Of a stretch of 24,733 bases of DNA, positions 23,942 to 24,733 are shown in pieces. Under the pieces are notes generated by a model that was not told where the DNA came from, made no database searches, and saw nothing but the letters and a program-made list of their open reading frames with translations. The position numbers were made by a program, and so were the translations under genes. The stretch's first letter is position 1; each line of letters begins with the position of its first letter. Origin of the DNA: a virus (taxonomy: Duplodnaviria > Caudoviricetes); the IMG/VR virus record IMGVR_UViG_3300005512_000312, positions 1-24,733 of that record; one strand, given 5' to 3'.

Positions 23942-24632
23942 GCAAAGATCCGATGCCCGAGTTCACTGCTCCGCCTTTGGCGAATGTTCGCTCAATGCCG
24001 ATGCCTAATCCGCTTGGCGTATTACCGGCATAAAATCCACCGCCTAATTGTACTCGGCCCGACGCTAAAGCTTCCTGAAGCGCCTGTGCCGGAGTAGTTG
24101 GTGTGGTAGCTCGGTTAAACTCGTTAACCTGCTGACCAAACGCGCCAAAACTGGTGTTCATTCCTAAAGGCGCTTGCCCCACAAAGTTTTCTGGATTGAA
24201 AGGAGTTGTTCCTGTTACCGGAGCTAAAACCTCGGGGTTTCTTACGTTTGAATTCGGTAAGTTGCCGAACATTCCGCCGGGAGGAATTGCATCACCAAGA
24301 GGAGTACCTTGATTAGACAGGTTGACCTGCCCTGCAAAATCTCGAGAGAAGTCTGTAACCACCACACCGTTTGGAAGCGTTTTCGTATAATTAGGAGTGC
24401 TTGTTACCGTAGCAGGTGTTGTGTTGAAGTTCACGACGTTTCCACGGCTATCAATCCGGGTGTTTTCTCCGGGTTGCGTGGTCCGCGATCCCTGCCCTGT
24501 TTGCTGATTTGAATAGGCATTATCGGTGTTGCTTCCACCGCCACCGCCGCCACCGCCTCCTCCGAAGCAGTACATGGACGTTTCTGGATCGAATCCGCGC
24601 TGTCTAACTTTTACGATGCCATCTTCAAACAT
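23922..24632 (-). CDS. Hypothetical low-complexity protein, probable virion/ejection protein
   Basis: N-terminal YCF followed by G10; G/N/T/P-rich body; C-terminal FAKGG motif. Confidence 0.65.
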   Translation of the reverse strand: MFEDGIVKVRQRGFDPETSMYCFGGGGGGGGGGSNTDNAYSNQQTGQGSRTTQPGENTRIDSRGNVVNFNTTPATVTSTPNYTKTLPNGVVVTDFSRDFAGQVNLSNQGTPLGDAIPPGGMFGNLPNSNVRNPEVLAPVTGTTPFNPENFVGQAPLGMNTSFGAFGQQVNEFNRATTPTTPAQALQEALASGRVQLGGGFYAGNTPSGLGIGIERTFAKGGAVNSGIGSLLRSTKS

Positions 24633-24733
24633 AATTCATCTCGTCTCTTTGCTATGCGTCCCAAGCGGTCTTTTGCGTACCGAAAAAAGTGACACTCACC
24701 TTTGACGTCACCGTACTGGCGTTGCAAAGTCCT
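24611..24733 (-). CDS. 3' end of an upstream gene (partial)
   Basis: Open frame from the window edge: RTLQRQYGDVKGECHFFRYAKDRLGRIAKRRDELCLKMAS*, overlapping the next start. Confidence 0.5.
   Translation of the reverse strand, partial: RTLQRQYGDVKGECHFFRYAKDRLGRIAKRRDELCLKMAS

Noticed and set aside
1-24733. tRNA, integrase, reverse transcriptase/DGR, intron or intein
   Set aside because: No cloverleaf or catalytic motifs were recognised by eye. PolA, TerL and both helicases are continuous and of ordinary length.

Overview
A 24.7-kb fragment of a tailed dsDNA phage genome, podovirus-like and probably infecting an aquatic proteobacterium. Almost all genes are on the minus strand. From left to right: portal (runs off the window), an LPD23/metallopeptidase polyvalent protein, terminase large subunit, and a 600-bp non-coding locus with DnaA boxes. 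Next come an island of small genes built as terminator-promoter-leader cassettes, a VRR-NUC-like nuclease, terminase small subunit, a GTTAC-repeat non-coding locus and more small genes. The window ends with a replication module (Leu762-type PolA, UvrD, AEP primase, SSB-like protein, divergent SNF2 helicase) and a probable virion gene. The most notable signal is regulatory. Eight or nine small genes share the ribosome-binding leader AACTACGGGAG, and the one opposite-orientation copy I found lies in a ~63-nt promoter-to-terminator unit (12641-12703). That unit looks like a trans-acting antisense sRNA covering all of those ribosome-binding sites. There are also two distinct operator families, polar heptad repeats that flip orientation near the DnaA boxes, and an internally deleted DUF932-like gene. 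All calls come from reading the sequence by eye; no database searches were run.
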